From positions 190,542 through 247,697 of the forward strand of contig NW_008246071.1 of assembly GCF_000281045.1 (NCBI RefSeq): a stretch of 57,156 nt of DNA, read 5' to 3'. Shown here one piece after another: positions 23,732 through 36,431 of the stretch. The stretch comes from Saprolegnia diclina VS20 (lineage: Eukaryota). The notes beneath the pieces are model-generated. The model did no database searches. It was not told where the DNA came from and saw only the letters and a list, made by a program, of their open reading frames with translations. A program made the position numbers and the translations under genes. The stretch's first letter is position 1, and the number at the start of each line of letters is the position of its first letter.

Positions 23732-26700
23732 ATGAAGCGCCTCTTCAAGCTTCCGTCCAAGTACCATGGCGTCGGGCCCGTGACCTTTGCGTGGCAGCCC
23801 AAGGGCAACTTCCTGGCGACGGCAGGCAAGAACGGTACCATGACCTCCTATGGGCGCTCGAGGTGGATGATGCGCATGATGGCGTAGGCTTGGTGCACAT
23901 CATTGACCGACAAGGCGTCCAGTACGATGAGATCGGCCTCGATATGTCGACGCCGGTCGTTGCGCTCGAGTGGGACCGCGACGGCAACACGCTTGCGATC
24001 CTCCAGTCGGGCAATGGCCTCATCCCGCTCTGGGACCTCTCGACGCGCTCGACGTCCAACATTGACACCAACATGAAGGACCCGTCGTTCATCAAGTGGT
24101 CGTCGTCCGGCATCCAGCTCGGTAGGCGCCTCTATCATAGCATGCGTTGCGAGCCTATATGTAGCAATCGGGACGGCGAAAGGCAACCTCGTGCTCTACA
24201 ACAAGTCGACGCGCAAGCTCGTCCCGATCCTCGGCAAACACTCCAAGAAGATCACCTGCGGCGTCTGGAACAGCGAGGACCTCCTCGTGCTTGGCGCCGA
24301 AGACAAGATGGTGACGATTAGCAACGCTGCTGGCGACACGGTCCAGCAGCGCGAGCTCAAGTACGCAGTACGTCACTTCTCGTATTTGCTCTTTGGTTTG
24401 AGCATCGTGCGATGCATAGCCCGTCGAATGCAAGTTTGGCCGGCAGAAAGGCGACCCTGGCGGCGCCAAGGCGCCCGAGAACATCGTAGCAATCAACGTC
24501 TCCAAGTCGCTCATTCTGCTCAACCTCAACGACCCGGACAACCCGATCGAGCTCACGTTCCAGAGTGTACCACCTACGACGTTTAGGGTTGCATTGACGG
24601 GTTGTAGCACTATGGCACGATCAAGTCGTTCGACTGGTTCAGCGGCGGCTACCTCATGCTCGCCTTCTCGGAAGGCTTTGTCATTTGCATTTCGACGCAG
24701 ATCGAAGTCCGTTGTCGTTGCCCTCATGGTCGTCATGCGATGCGTCGTAGGAGATCGGCGAAGAGCTCTTCTCGGGCCGCTTCTTCTCGGAGCGCACGTA
24801 CGCCGTGTGCTACTCGGCGGCGCTCAACCGCGTCGCGATGAGCGGCGAGTCGGGCATCAAAGTCATCGACCTCGGCAACTACACCGAGATCAAGGGCGAC
24901 GCTGTCAAGCTCTCGGACGCCGAGGTTGCGCCGATATGGACATTGACAGGCCTTGACGACAGTGACGGCTAGGACAACGAGGCCAACCTCATGAGCTTTA
25001 CATCGGACGGCCAGATCCTCACGGTGGCAACCCAAGGCGGCATCGTGCAGACGTTCCTCGCGCGGATCGTCAACATCTTTGACCACGTCGGCAACTACGT
25101 CGTCTACCTGAGCTCGCTGCGGGAGCTCACGATCATCGACACGCTTGGGCGCGCGAGTCCGATCAACATCCAAGTGTCCATCGAGCCTTCGTTCATTGCG
25201 ATTGGACCGCGCCACGTCGCTGTCGGCATGAACAACCGCGTGTACTTTTACCGCTGCGACGGCTCGAGCCGCGATGCGCTCGTCAACGAGCAGCAGTACC
25301 TCGGGCGCGTCACGAGCGTCAAGCTCAACCGCGGTGCGTCACGGTCTCGTCCGAACCCGGTATCTAGATGTTGGGTGCCATTAGAGTACGCGGCCGTGCT
25401 CAGCGATGGCAAAGTGCTGTTGCACCCGATCGAGCCCACGTCGTCCCACGGTGCGGAAGGAGCTCGTGTGCGTCTTTGGAGCCTATCGCTGGTACTAGGC
25501 GCCGAGCAGTCCAAGACGTTTCCCGAGACGCACGGACGCGACGAGTCGCTCCAAGAGATCAGCTCGATCGCGCTCACAAAGGACTTTTTCATCTTTGCGA
25601 CCGCGAATGGCAACGGCACGATCCAGTTCTTCTACCTCCAAGAGTGGAAGCTGCTCGAGGGCTGCTGCTACAGGCACGACGAAGGCATTGGCATCGTGCA
25701 CATTGCACCCAACACGCCCGGCACCAAGATCGTCTTCATGGACTCGCGCCGCCGCGGCTACATGCTCAACGCGACCAACCGCGAGGCGATCTCGATCCCG
25801 AGCATGCCGAGCGCCACGAGTGCGATTCTCTGGGACACGATGGATCCGACCGTGTTTGTCGCAGTCGAAACTAGCGACTTCTCCGTCTTCATGCACTCGG
25901 AGCTCACGGTCAACGGCCCGGAAGTCACGCAGCTCGGCACGATGGACATTGACAACAACGGCGAGTATGTCATGTCGCCAGCGACGACCAAGATTCCGTC
26001 GGGGCATGCAGCGATCCTCTTTTGCGACGGGAACCTCACGTGCCAGCAGCCGGGTGGACAGCTCATGACGGTCGTGGCGGGCACCCACGACGCCCTCCAA
26101 GTACGTGTGCATGGGATCTTTCAAGGCTCAGTTCTGTCGGTAGAAGGGCACGGTGCGCGACTCGGACAAGGCCATTTTCAAGCAAACGCTTGCCTTGTGC
26201 CGCATGACCAACGCATGGAAGGCAGCGGTGGCGATCGAAAGCCGCGAGTACTGGCTCGCCCTCGCCAGTACACAACAAACAGAATTTGCCAACCAGTGTT
26301 TTCACATGGGCTTTGTAGGCCGAGCGATGCATACGCTGGATATTTCGCTCTCCAAACGCGTGTACCGGCAGCTGGGCGACGCCGGCATGGTCCTCGGGCT
26401 CGATCGCATCGAGCATGTCGAAGACAAGAACCTCCTCGCCGGCCACGTGTCGATGCTATTTGGCCAGTATGATCAAGCTCAAAAACTGTTTTTGGCGTCC
26501 TGCGACCCGATGGCCGCCCTCTCGATGCAGCGCTACTTGCTGCAGTGGGACCAAGCGCTCTTGCTCGCCGACTCGCTCGCAGTGCACCTCGTGCCCGAGC
26601 TCAGTGCGTCGTACGCTGCGCAGCTCGAGTTCAAGGGGGACTTTGACGGCGCGCTCAAAATGTACGAGCACGCGTGCAATGCGATGGACCCGCTCGGAAC

Positions 26701-28548
26701 GCCCGTCGTCGCTTCCGAGAAGATCCAGGCCCAGTGCATGGCCGGCCTTGCGCGCTGCACGTTGCGGCTCGGCGACCTCCGCCGCGGCATCCGGCTCATC
26801 TCGGACCTCAACGACGTGGTGCTGAGCAACGAAGGCGCGCTCATCCTCGAGGGCCTCAAGCAGTTCTCGGACGCGGCCGCCTTGTACGAGAAGGGCCAGC
26901 AGTTTGAGAAGGCAGCGCAGATTTACATTCAGATGAAGCAGCTCGGCAAGGCCGCCCCGCTCATGGCCAAGGTCACAGTACCCAAAGTCCACGCGCAGTT
27001 TGCCAAGGCGAAAGAAGCGGTGGGCGAGTTCAGTGCTGCGTCCGACGCATACGAAGCCGCGAACGACATGGACAACGTGGTGCGCATCCAGCTGGAGCAC
27101 TTGAACAGCCCCGAGCGGGCGTTTGCGATTGTGAAAGCGACCAAGTCCTCGGAAGGCGCGTCGGTGGTCGCCAAGCACTGCGTCGACACGGGCAACTACG
27201 CGGCCGCGATCGACTTTCTCCTCATGGCCAACCGCGAAGAAGAGGCGTTCCAGCTTGCGCAGCAGCACAACGAGATCGACGCGTTCACTCAAGTACCTCG
27301 TGTGGCAACTTGAGCGCGTTCCCATGACTCGCTATGTAGATCATCGGAGAGGCCATCTCGGCGGATCGCGCGCTCAAGATTGCGCAGCACTACGAGCAGA
27401 CGCAGGCGTACGCGAGGGCGGGCGAGTACTACCAAGTGTGCGGCAACTACCACAAGGCCCTTCGGCTCTTCCTCCAGTGCGGCGAGTCAGAGCTTGGCAA
27501 AGCCATCGACGTCGTCGGGAAGGCGCGCAACGACATGCTCACGCATACGCTCATCGACTTCCTCATGGGCGACACGGACGGGATCCCCAAGGACCCGAAC
27601 TACATCTTTCGTCTGTACATGGCCCTCGGCAACTACGCGCAAGCGGCGAAAACCGCCATCATCATTGCGCGCCAAGAGCAAGAGCTCGGCAACTACAAGG
27701 TCCGTCGCTGCATACGACCAGGCTGCGGATGTATATGCGTAGGTCGCCCACGATGTGCTCGTGGAGACGCACCGGCAGCTGCTCTTGCACAAGATCCACG
27801 TCAACCAAGATTTGCGCAACTCGCTCACGCTGCTCCACAGCTACGTTGTCGTCAAGAAGCTCGTCAAGCGCGGCGACCACGTCGCCGCCGCCAAGATGCT
27901 TCTCCGCGTAGCGAAGAGCATCTCCAAGTTCCCAACCCACGTGTCCAACATTTTGATCTCGGTCGTCATCGAGTGCCAGCGCGCGGGCCTCAAGGGCAGC
28001 AGCTACGAGTACGCGACGATGCTCATGCGCCCCGAGCACCGCAATTCGATCGAGAAGGAGATCAAGCGCAAGATCGAGGCCATCGTGCGTCGGCCCAACA
28101 AGGAGCAGCCGCCGGACAACGCGACGCCGTGCCCCTTTTGCGCGCACCCGGTCATTGACGTCGATCTGGACTGCAGCCAGTGCAAGAACTGGATCCCGTA
28201 CTGCGCCGTGACGGTACGACCAGATCGCCGTTTTTGTGCTCATTCGGGATTAGGGCTACCACATGGTCAAGGCCGACTGGAGCGTGTGTCCCCACTGCCA
28301 GTTCCCCGCCCTCTACTCGCACTTTACAGCGCACCTCCAAGCCGAGCCGGGTACGCTTCGCGATGGTCAAGTGGTGTTGAATGGAGCCGATAGCGTGCCC
28401 GATGTGCGACAAAGAGCTCCAGCCCGACGACATCCACCGAGTCCAAGAGAACGACGTCAAGCTCTCGACGATCGAACTGCAAGCGCCCGAGCCGACGACC
28501 GACAAGAAGGTCGCAAAGGACACCAAGCAAGGCGACCTCTTTGCCTAG
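23732..28548 (+). CDS. WDR19: Intraflagellar transport protein IFT144/WDR19, many short introns
   Basis: N-terminal WD40 (FAWQPKGNFLATAG, ILGKHSKKITCGVW), HVAVGMNNRVYFY, RVYRQLGDAGMV, FLMGDTDGIPKDPNYIFRLY, ISKFPTH, VIECQRAGLK; C-terminal CPFC/CSQC/CPHC zinc sites. Confidence 0.96.
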
Positions 28549-28642
28549 TCCTGTGCATCCAATCTACATCCCATTTGGCATCACACAGCGTATGGTTTTC
28601 GCACTGTAGGACAACCTGTGCACAAAAGGTCGCGGTGGAACG

Positions 28643-28657
28643 ATCTATCTATCTATA

Positions 28658-28743
<86 letters not shown>

Positions 28744-28744
28744 C
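28643..28744. repeat. (ATCT)n / (GATA)n tetranucleotide microsatellite, about 25 units
   Basis: ATCTATCT... run with one internal ATAT interruption. Confidence 0.97.
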
Positions 28745-28857
28745 TAGTATCCAACAATCGAGGATATTGGGATAGCGAATTCCGTGTCACTGAACTGGGC
28801 GGTCATGTGTCACTGGACTGTGCGGTCGCTGATTGGTGGATTGGCATTTGGTGACGG

Positions 28858-29550
28858 ATGGAGAACGTCTTGAAGGACATGGTGTCGTCGGGCGCGGGCG
28901 ACGACGTGGCGCAGGCGCAGTTCGCCAAGGCCGAGGAGATGCGCGCGCAGTCGCTCGCCAAATGTAGTCGCTTTGAATGCGCTTCTCGCGGCCTCTCACG
29001 TATCCGTAGGCTCCAAGGTGCAGTTCCTCGTCGAGATCATGGACCGCATGGGCTGCAAGATCGACCCAAAGACGTTCTTCAAGAGCCAGCACTGCAACGG
29101 CAACATCAACGGCGGCTTTAGCCTCAACGAAGACGGGTCGCCGTCGGTCGTGCTCTGCCAGAACCACATCCAGGACCAAGAGTGGATGGACCGCACGGTC
29201 GCCCACGAGCTCATCCACGCGTTTGACCACTGCCGCGCCAACATCAACTGGGAGCGCGACTGCGACCAGCACGCGTGCAGCGAGATCCGCGCGGCCGCGC
29301 TCAGCGGCGACTGCGACTGGAAATTCGAGGTCATGCGCGGCCACTTTTCGATTCCCAAGCAGCACCAGGTACGGACCTTCGGTTCTTAGTTTCTTAGTTT
29401 CTGAGAGAGACGCGGTAGGAGTGCGTGCGTCGCCGGGCCGTGCTCTCGCTGCAGTACAACCCCATGTGCCAGGGCAAGGAGGACAAGTGCGTCGAGAAGG
29501 TCTTTGAGACGTGCTATAAGGACACGCTGCCGTTCCCGGAAATGCCATAA
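28858..29550 (+). CDS. ATP23: Mitochondrial inner-membrane metalloprotease ATP23
   Basis: VVLCQN, TVAHELIHAFDHCR, HACSEIRAAALSGDC, QECVRRRAVLS, CYKDTLPF; 2 introns. Confidence 0.95.
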
Positions 29551-29614
29551 GATGTAATATCGACGACAAATGCAACAGGAAACGACAATATTGTGGCCAT
29601 TGACGCACGCGGGA

Positions 29615-31035
29615 CTAGTTGTAGTAGCTCTGGCGCTTGCGGCGAAAGAGCTTAAAGTACGGCGACCGGAAGAGCTGCGAGAGAATGCACGTCGAGAACC
29701 ACGTCGTCACGAGGAGGCAGACGCTGCTTTGGCTCGAAAAGTATGGGAACGCCGAGAGCTTCTCGTAGAGCGGCGCCATGAGCTGTCCAAAGACGCTCAC
29801 AATGTACCTAGAGACAAGATAGAGAGATATGGACACGAAGCATCCATATCGTCGTACAAATTGTGCGACGCATGGTACACGGCGCTCGACCAAATCGCGT
29901 GGCTTGTCTTGCCTTGGATCCAGCACATGGTCATGCGAGCGCCGATGAGGACGAGCGTGAAGAGAACGAGCACGCTCACGAGCTCATACGACGGCGCCTC
30001 GACGATAGCGTAGCCCGACCCGGTCGGAATCCAGTTGAAGTACTCGGCAATGATGAGCGGCCAGTGCCAGAGCGCCCAAACGACACCGGTCGCGATGGAT
30101 GCAAGGAACGCGCTGTGGCCGCAAATGATCTCGAGCGCTAGCATATTACAAAGTAAGGACGACGCTCGAGGGCAGAGGACGACGACGACCTGGGTACAAG
30201 GCGCCACTCCAGCCGATCTCTTGCGCGACGGCGAGGAGGAGCCAACTGCACCCTACGTAAACACCGCGTTCGCATGCAACGACGCGATCATCGAGGTACC
30301 CATTGCGCGGCCGCCAAACGCGATGCCAACGTCGTAGCGCGGTGGCGGGATCGGGTCCCAAAAGACACCGGCAAGGACGACGTAAAACACGTAAAAGACG
30401 AGCCCGCCATCCATGGCGTCGGGGTTGCCAAAGCTAAAGACCGTCTCGGCGCGCTCGACGAACGCGCGGTTGAACTAGGAACATGGCTGCCGCGAGGTCT
30501 GCAGTAGAACCAAGAAGACGTTGGCGGCACGTACCGGGTTGACCATCCGCGTCGCGGTCGTGAGCGTGTAGGCTGCAATTTGGCAAAAGAGCGGAATGCA
30601 GTAGCTCAAGACGAGAAGCCGCACCATGGACGACCGCGGGTAGCATGCAAAGAGGTCGCGCCATTGCGGCACTTCCCACATAGGCGCGCCGCCCTCGCCG
30701 AGGTGGGCAAACACGATGCGACGGAGCGCCATGGCGGCCACAGCCGGAGAAACGAGCCAGATGAGGTGGCATACTGTACTGCAAGCTATGGGCAGCGAGA
30801 AGAGACCGCAGAGCACGAGACCCGTGAGCGAAAGCGTCGAGACGCAGAAGAGAGAGACGAGGAACGCGTGGACGCCGTCTTGGTAGGCGCAGACAACCTC
30901 GGGCGCAAAGAAGTTGCTCAGCGGCCCCGAGCTTCGAAGGTGGGCCTGGGGCTGTAGTAGCGGGTAATACTCCTCCCAGATGTTGCTGCCGCGGGCCTTG
31001 GGCTTGGCCGTGGCGTCGAGGCTTGCGGCCGCCAT
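29615..31035 (-). CDS. CPBP/Abi (CAAX-protease type II) family membrane protein with degenerate catalytic motif
   Basis: Spliced LLAVAQEIGWSGALYP...TGVVWALWHWPLII...AVYHASHNL; multiple hydrophobic helices. Confidence 0.8.
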
Positions 31036-31406
31036 GCTGCAAGATCCCAAATCACACAAGCGGTGTATCCGGATACGCTACCTTGAAGGCTCCGGTCTTG
31101 GATATGGACCATATTGATCCATATCGTGAAATCGGCGATCAATATATTGCTCGAAGATGGCGCGGATGCCGCGACGGCCGAACGCGGCTGCGCGTGCACC
31201 CAGCATTTCCTTCGAGAGACGACGGCGCGCTGGCACTTCGACCCACGACAAAGCTACTCCCACTCGTGTCTGGCTTCCCTCCTGGCTTTCTGATATTCGC
31301 CATGGGTAGCGCGCTCAAGTTCCAATATGAATCATCATCCCAAAGATATTATTGCAATCTTCCCGCGAAACCTGCTGGCAGCGCGGGCAAGGCCGAACGC
31401 AACAGC

Positions 31407-32289
31407 ATGCGACATCGCAGACGCCCTCATCCCAGCATCCACCGCCTATCCGCCAGTGCATGCGACGAGGTCGGCCGCGCCGCAGCGCTTGCGGTGGGAG
31501 GATTGTATATTCGACCGACTTCAATATAGTGTCTCCAATCGTCGCCTCGCGGTCATTACGGCGGCCTGTCAAGCGCCGCCGTCGTGCATCGGTCGTTGGC
31601 GCCACGCTGACCGTACGTTGCCGTACATTGGGCGGAGCGACGCGTGCCACTCTCGGCGCTCGAAGACTCAGCGCCCTTCTTCGCGTCGCGCCGCAGACGG
31701 TCGGTGCGGACAGCAGCAACGACGAGGCCCTTGGCTCTGCGTAGCGGCCAAAGACGCGGCGGGATCCGGGAATTTTCGCCGCGCGGATCTTCTGGCCGCG
31801 TGCACGGCCACGCGTGCAAGACACTTGGGTACCGTTCTGCCACCAAGCGCTGCGATCGCACTACACGTCTCTCTTGCATGGGTTCAGACCGGCACGTACA
31901 TGCTCCACACGCAACTCCGCGCGGCGCTGCGTCTCGAACAATACCACGCCCGCCGCTTCCGCGAGCTCTACGAGGCCGCGCTCGTCCATGTCCACGTGCT
32001 CGAAGCCCGCGCGGCGTGCTTTGAACGCGCGCAGCAGTGCCGTTGGTACAGCGACCCGCTATACGTACAAGCGCCCCGCCTGCACAGTACGATGCACGAT
32101 GGGCTGCCGTGGCACTACGCAGCGCGCCACGACGCGCGGGCGACGCCGACCGCCTCGCTGCGACCCGCGCGCCTTCTCTTCAAGGAGCTCGCGCGGATGC
32201 CCGTACGTTTGTACCGACGGCGCGCTGCGGCCCGCGCCCAACGGCTCTACTTCCAGGAGCTTGTCGGGCTCCTGCTCGCGTTTGAATAG
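31407..32289 (+). CDS. Hypothetical protein; 3' exon well supported, 5' structure uncertain
   Basis: Coding-like last exon (MLHTQLRAALRLEQYHARRFRELYEAAL...ELVGLLLAFE) preceded by a plausible GT-AG intron; no family recognised. Confidence 0.45.
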
Positions 32290-32312
32290 CTGACTATCAC
32301 ATTTCGCCCAAG

Positions 32313-32355
32313 TTAACCTAGCCCTAGCCCTGGCCCTAGCCCTAGCCCTGGTTAG
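32313..32355. repeat. Telomere-like hexamer array (CCCTAG/CCCTGG)
   Basis: TAACCTAG CCCTAG CCCTGG CCCTAG CCCTAG CCCTGG TTAG. Confidence 0.75.
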
Positions 32356-32555
32356 CGCGCGATGGACAGCGCCGTGCGGTGTCGAGTTGATATTGCAGTG
32401 ATGACGAGAGAATGGCGCTGCTTTGTGGTCGCTTGCATATGCGTCGTCGTCTTTGCTGACGGAACCAACTTGACACAAAAAACTGCAAATTGCAGTGGGG
32501 CGCGTGTTAAATAATACTAAAATACGTAAAAACTAGAAAAATGACTAATAATACT

Positions 32556-35500
32556 CTAGGGCGACAGCAACGACGAGGTCGGCGAGCCCGTCGGCGTGGT
32601 TTGCGCGAGGACCTTGTCGAGGTACCCGCCTTCTTGGCAGAGCTCGTAAAAGATGCCGCGGCCGAGCGCGATGAGGTCGTTTGGGCTGTCGCACTGCGCG
32701 ATGCGGCCTTGGTCAAAGACCAAAATGCGGTCGCAGTCGAGGACCGTGTCGAGGCGGTGCGCGATCGTGAGCACCGTCGAGTTGGCAAACTCGGTGCGAA
32801 TGACGCGCTGGAGGAGGACATCGGTCGCGTGGTCGATCGCCGCCGTCGCTTCGTCCATGACGACGACCTTGGCTTGCCGAAGGAGGGCGCGGGCCATGCA
32901 CAGCATTTGGCGCTCGCCAACACTAAAGTTCTCGCCGTTCTCTTCGACGGTCGAGTCGAGGCCGTCGGCGCGCGCGATGCGGTCGCGCATGTGCACCTTG
33001 GCGAGCGCGGACCAGAGGTCGGCGTCGACAAACTCCTCAAACGGGTCGAGGTACTGGCGGAGCGAGCCTTTGAAGAGCACAGGGTTTTGCGGAATGATAG
33101 CCAGCCGGCTGCGCAGCGTGCGGACGCCAATGGTGGCGAGATCGACGCCGTCAATCTCAATCTTGCCGGACGCAAGCTCGGCGATGCGGAAGAGCGCCAT
33201 GGTCAGACTCGACTTGCCCGCGCCCGTGCGCCCGACGATGCCGACCTTTTCGCCGGCGCGGATCGAGACGCTCACTTGCTTGAGCACGAGCGGGTCGTAC
33301 GACTTGTAGCGGAAGCTGACGTTCTGGATGCTAATCGCTCCGTGCTCGGGCCACGCTTTTGGCACTGCGCCTGGAATCACGCGCGGCGGCTCGGTGGGCA
33401 CGCTGCAATACTCTGCAATGCGCTCGGGGCCGACCATCGCCGTCTCGACTTGGGCGCCGATCGAGACAATGTACTCGAGCGACGGCAGCATGTTGAACGT
33501 GTAGTTGAGGACGAGGCCGATGAGGCCGGGCGAGAGCATGCCCCGGAGGTACACGAGCGAAATCGACACAAAGAGCACGAGGTGCGCCGAGAGCAGCTGC
33601 ACGCGGAGGATGAACCACTGCGTCATGACCTGGCTCGCAAACGTCGCGCTGTTGGCGGCGTCGACGTTGGCCTGGTGCGTCGACTGGAACCGGTCCATGT
33701 GCTTTTGGCCAAAGGCACGGATGACGAGCGCGCCGTCAATGCACTCGGAAATGAGATTCAGCATCGGCGACTTGGTGGTCTTGGCGACACGCTCCATCTC
33801 GCGGGCCGGCGTCACGTAGCTGCGCGCGAGCTGCACGTAAATGTAAACGAGCGGCAAGAGCAGAATGCCCGCGGCCTTGATGACGAGCACGGTCGTCGTG
33901 AGCTGCACCAAGACAGAGAAGATGACGCCAGTGAGCGGATCCAGCAGCATCGGCAGTTGGACGTCGACCGTGTTCATGTCGTTCGAGAACCGGTTGAGGA
34001 CGCGGCCGAGCGGCGTCGTATCGAAAAACTGCATCGGCGCCTGCAGCAGCGACAACGTCATCTTGTCAAAGAGCGCGCGCGACGCGCGGAGACCGCCAAC
34101 AAAGATGCTGACCGTGCGCAGCGTGCACATGAGGATGCCGCCAAGCGCTAGACCGGCGTACGTCCAGAGGTACACATGCGAGTCGGCGGTCGATGGCGCT
34201 GAGCTCCACGCGCCCAGCATGAGGTCGCCGGCCACCTGCATCGTCTGTCCGACGAGGAGAAGAACCGCCCAGCATAGTAGGACCTTGACGCCGCCAATCG
34301 CGCGCACGTAGGACGCAAACACCTTGGTCGAGACACGGCCTTTCGAGCGCATTTCTTGGAAAATGAGCTGACCGGTCGGCGAGCTCTCTTCTTCGTACGC
34401 GTACGGCGGGTAGGCGGGCATCGGCAGCGGCGACGGCTCGTCTTCGTGCCCGTCCGAGGCGTCGCTCGAGCAGCGAGAGAAGACGAGCTGCTGCAAAAGC
34501 GGGCTCGGGAGCTCCTTCTGCACCGGCGTGTTGGTAAGGACGCCGTGCTTGGTGACCTCGATCGTGCGGTCAATGAGCTTGGACGAGATGATCTCGGGGC
34601 AGTGGGTCACGAGCAGAATCGTCTTCTTGGCCAAGAGACCGAGAATGCACTTGGTGAAAATATCGTTCTGGACGATCGCGTCGACGGCCGACAAGGGCGC
34701 GTCCAAAAGAAAGATGTCGGCGTCGCTATAGCACGCTCGCGCCAGCGCAATGCGCGCCTTCTGGCCGCCAGAGACGTTGATGCCCTTTTGGCCAATTTCC
34801 GTGCGGTCGCCGGCCGGCAGCAGCGCCACGTCCTTGGTCAGCGCGCAGGCGTCGAGGACGGCCTGGTACTTCTTCCGGTCGTAGCGGCGGCCAAAGAGGA
34901 TGTTGTCGCGGATCGACGAGTTTTGGATCCACGCCTGCTGCGAAAAGTACGCAACGTCGCCGCCCCGGTACACTAGACTACCGTCGGCCTTGTGCATCTC
35001 GCCCAGCAGCGCCGCGATGAGCGACGACTTGCCCGCGCCGACGACGCCGTGGATCACGACAAGCTCGCCTTTCGCAATAGAAAGATCGACGTTGGCAAAG
35101 AGGGGCGGCGTCTCGGCCGTCCACGCAAACGTGCCGTGGGCGATGACAATGTCGTACGCCGCATACGCCTTGGCGGCGTCGGGGTGCGTCGCCGGCGTCA
35201 TGACTTCAGCGGCGTCCTTCTCGTGGAGGTCGAGGAACTCACGTATCCGCCGCGTGGCGACGAGTGCCTGCATGAGGTTGGCGATGACTTGGGGCAGCGC
35301 CATCATCGGGAACCGGAGCATGCTAAAGAGGCTCAGCGCCGTAAAGACCTTGGCGGCCGACAGCGTCTTGTGCATCACGAGCGTGTACGTGCCAAGCGAT
35401 GCGATCGTGACGACGATCGGGGCCGCGAGGAGGAGACCGACCCAGACCGACTGCAGGCGAAAGACACTGCGGAGCGCGCCGAGCTCGGCTTCGCGATCGC

Positions 35501-36431
35501 CCGAGACCTTGTCGTAGAACTTCTCCTCCCACGCGTTGAGCTTGAGGATCTGCATCGCGCCAAAGATCTCGCCGACCGACTTCATGCGCGCGTCCTTGAG
35601 CTCCATGAGGCGCCGGAACACCGAGCGCTGGGTTGTCGCGAGGCAGTTGTTGGTGACGAGGACAACGCCAATGACGCCAGCACCGACAAACGCCGCGTAC
35701 CCGATCACGCGGTGGAGCATGTACAGGATCGCAATCGTCTGGAGTGGGAAGAGCCAGAGCTGGTTGGCGCCGACGGAGAAGTTGATGATGGCTTGGACGT
35801 CGGTCGAAAACATGTTGGCGATTTCGCCCGAGCTCTTCTCTCGGCGGGCGCTCGCGTCCAGTACGAGCGCCTTCTGGAAGAGAAGGTGCTGCAGCGCCGA
35901 CGTCACATCGAGCGCAATGCGCTGCGTCTCGAAACTCACGCGCGCGCTCAGAATGGCCTGGACCACCTTGACAATGTAGAGCGCGCCGACGACAAAGAGG
36001 ACGTCGGCCATCGCAAAGGCGCCGGCGTCGGCGCTCGCGGCCGAGACGATCTCGTGCAGCACGTACGGCGCGTAGAGCGTGCAGCCGACGACGAGCACCT
36101 GGATGGCGCCAATGGCGGCAAAGCGCCGCCCGTGGAGCGATAGGATCGTACGCAAGATCGAGTGCGAGCTCCGCAAGCTGCGCTCGAAGCGGCGGCTCAC
36201 ACGCTTGCAGACATGCGACGGCTCGAGCGGCCAGACGTCGGCCATGTCGAGCTGCCGCTCGTTCCCGAGCGCGAGCAGCGGCGAGGTCCATAAATAGAGC
36301 GCGCGCGAGAGGTGCGACGCGTGTGTGCGCGGGTGGAGGTCGGGTTTGCGCTCGTGGCCGAGCGAGACCGCCGAGTAGGACGGCGGCACCGGCGGCATAA
36401 CAACGAGGGGTGGGCGATTGAAGAATGCCAT
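32556..36431 (-). CDS. ABC transporter, subfamily C (MRP-like, TMD-NBD-TMD-NBD), intronless
   Basis: ILKLNAWE, GVVGAGKSS, VSGGQKARIALARA, FFDTTPLGRVLNRFS, GRTGAGKSS, FSVGERQMLCMARAL, DEATA, IAHRL. Start placed at MAFFNRP. Confidence 0.97.
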   Translation of the reverse strand: MAFFNRPPLVVMPPVPPSYSAVSLGHERKPDLHPRTHASHLSRALYLWTSPLLALGNERQLDMADVWPLEPSHVCKRVSRRFERSLRSSHSILRTILSLHGRRFAAIGAIQVLVVGCTLYAPYVLHEIVSAASADAGAFAMADVLFVVGALYIVKVVQAILSARVSFETQRIALDVTSALQHLLFQKALVLDASARREKSSGEIANMFSTDVQAIINFSVGANQLWLFPLQTIAILYMLHRVIGYAAFVGAGVIGVVLVTNNCLATTQRSVFRRLMELKDARMKSVGEIFGAMQILKLNAWEEKFYDKVSGDREAELGALRSVFRLQSVWVGLLLAAPIVVTIASLGTYTLVMHKTLSAAKVFTALSLFSMLRFPMMALPQVIANLMQALVATRRIREFLDLHEKDAAEVMTPATHPDAAKAYAAYDIVIAHGTFAWTAETPPLFANVDLSIAKGELVVIHGVVGAGKSSLIAALLGEMHKADGSLVYRGGDVAYFSQQAWIQNSSIRDNILFGRRYDRKKYQAVLDACALTKDVALLPAGDRTEIGQKGINVSGGQKARIALARACYSDADIFLLDAPLSAVDAIVQNDIFTKCILGLLAKKTILLVTHCPEIISSKLIDRTIEVTKHGVLTNTPVQKELPSPLLQQLVFSRCSSDASDGHEDEPSPLPMPAYPPYAYEEESSPTGQLIFQEMRSKGRVSTKVFASYVRAIGGVKVLLCWAVLLLVGQTMQVAGDLMLGAWSSAPSTADSHVYLWTYAGLALGGILMCTLRTVSIFVGGLRASRALFDKMTLSLLQAPMQFFDTTPLGRVLNRFSNDMNTVDVQLPMLLDPLTGVIFSVLVQLTTTVLVIKAAGILLLPLVYIYVQLARSYVTPAREMERVAKTTKSPMLNLISECIDGALVIRAFGQKHMDRFQSTHQANVDAANSATFASQVMTQWFILRVQLLSAHLVLFVSISLVYLRGMLSPGLIGLVLNYTFNMLPSLEYIVSIGAQVETAMVGPERIAEYCSVPTEPPRVIPGAVPKAWPEHGAISIQNVSFRYKSYDPLVLKQVSVSIRAGEKVGIVGRTGAGKSSLTMALFRIAELASGKIEIDGVDLATIGVRTLRSRLAIIPQNPVLFKGSLRQYLDPFEEFVDADLWSALAKVHMRDRIARADGLDSTVEENGENFSVGERQMLCMARALLRQAKVVVMDEATAAIDHATDVLLQRVIRTEFANSTVLTIAHRLDTVLDCDRILVFDQGRIAQCDSPNDLIALGRGIFYELCQEGGYLDKVLAQTTPTGSPTSSLLSP

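Noticed and set aside
28618..28854. ORFs with SIYL/YLSI repeats
   Set aside because: Translation of the (ATCT)n microsatellite.
32541..34151. Long plus-strand ORFs antisense to the ABCC gene, and similar shadow ORFs opposite DDX6, the PDT-aminotransferase gene and gene 1
   Set aside because: Expected shadows of GC3-rich codon usage; no recognisable motifs.
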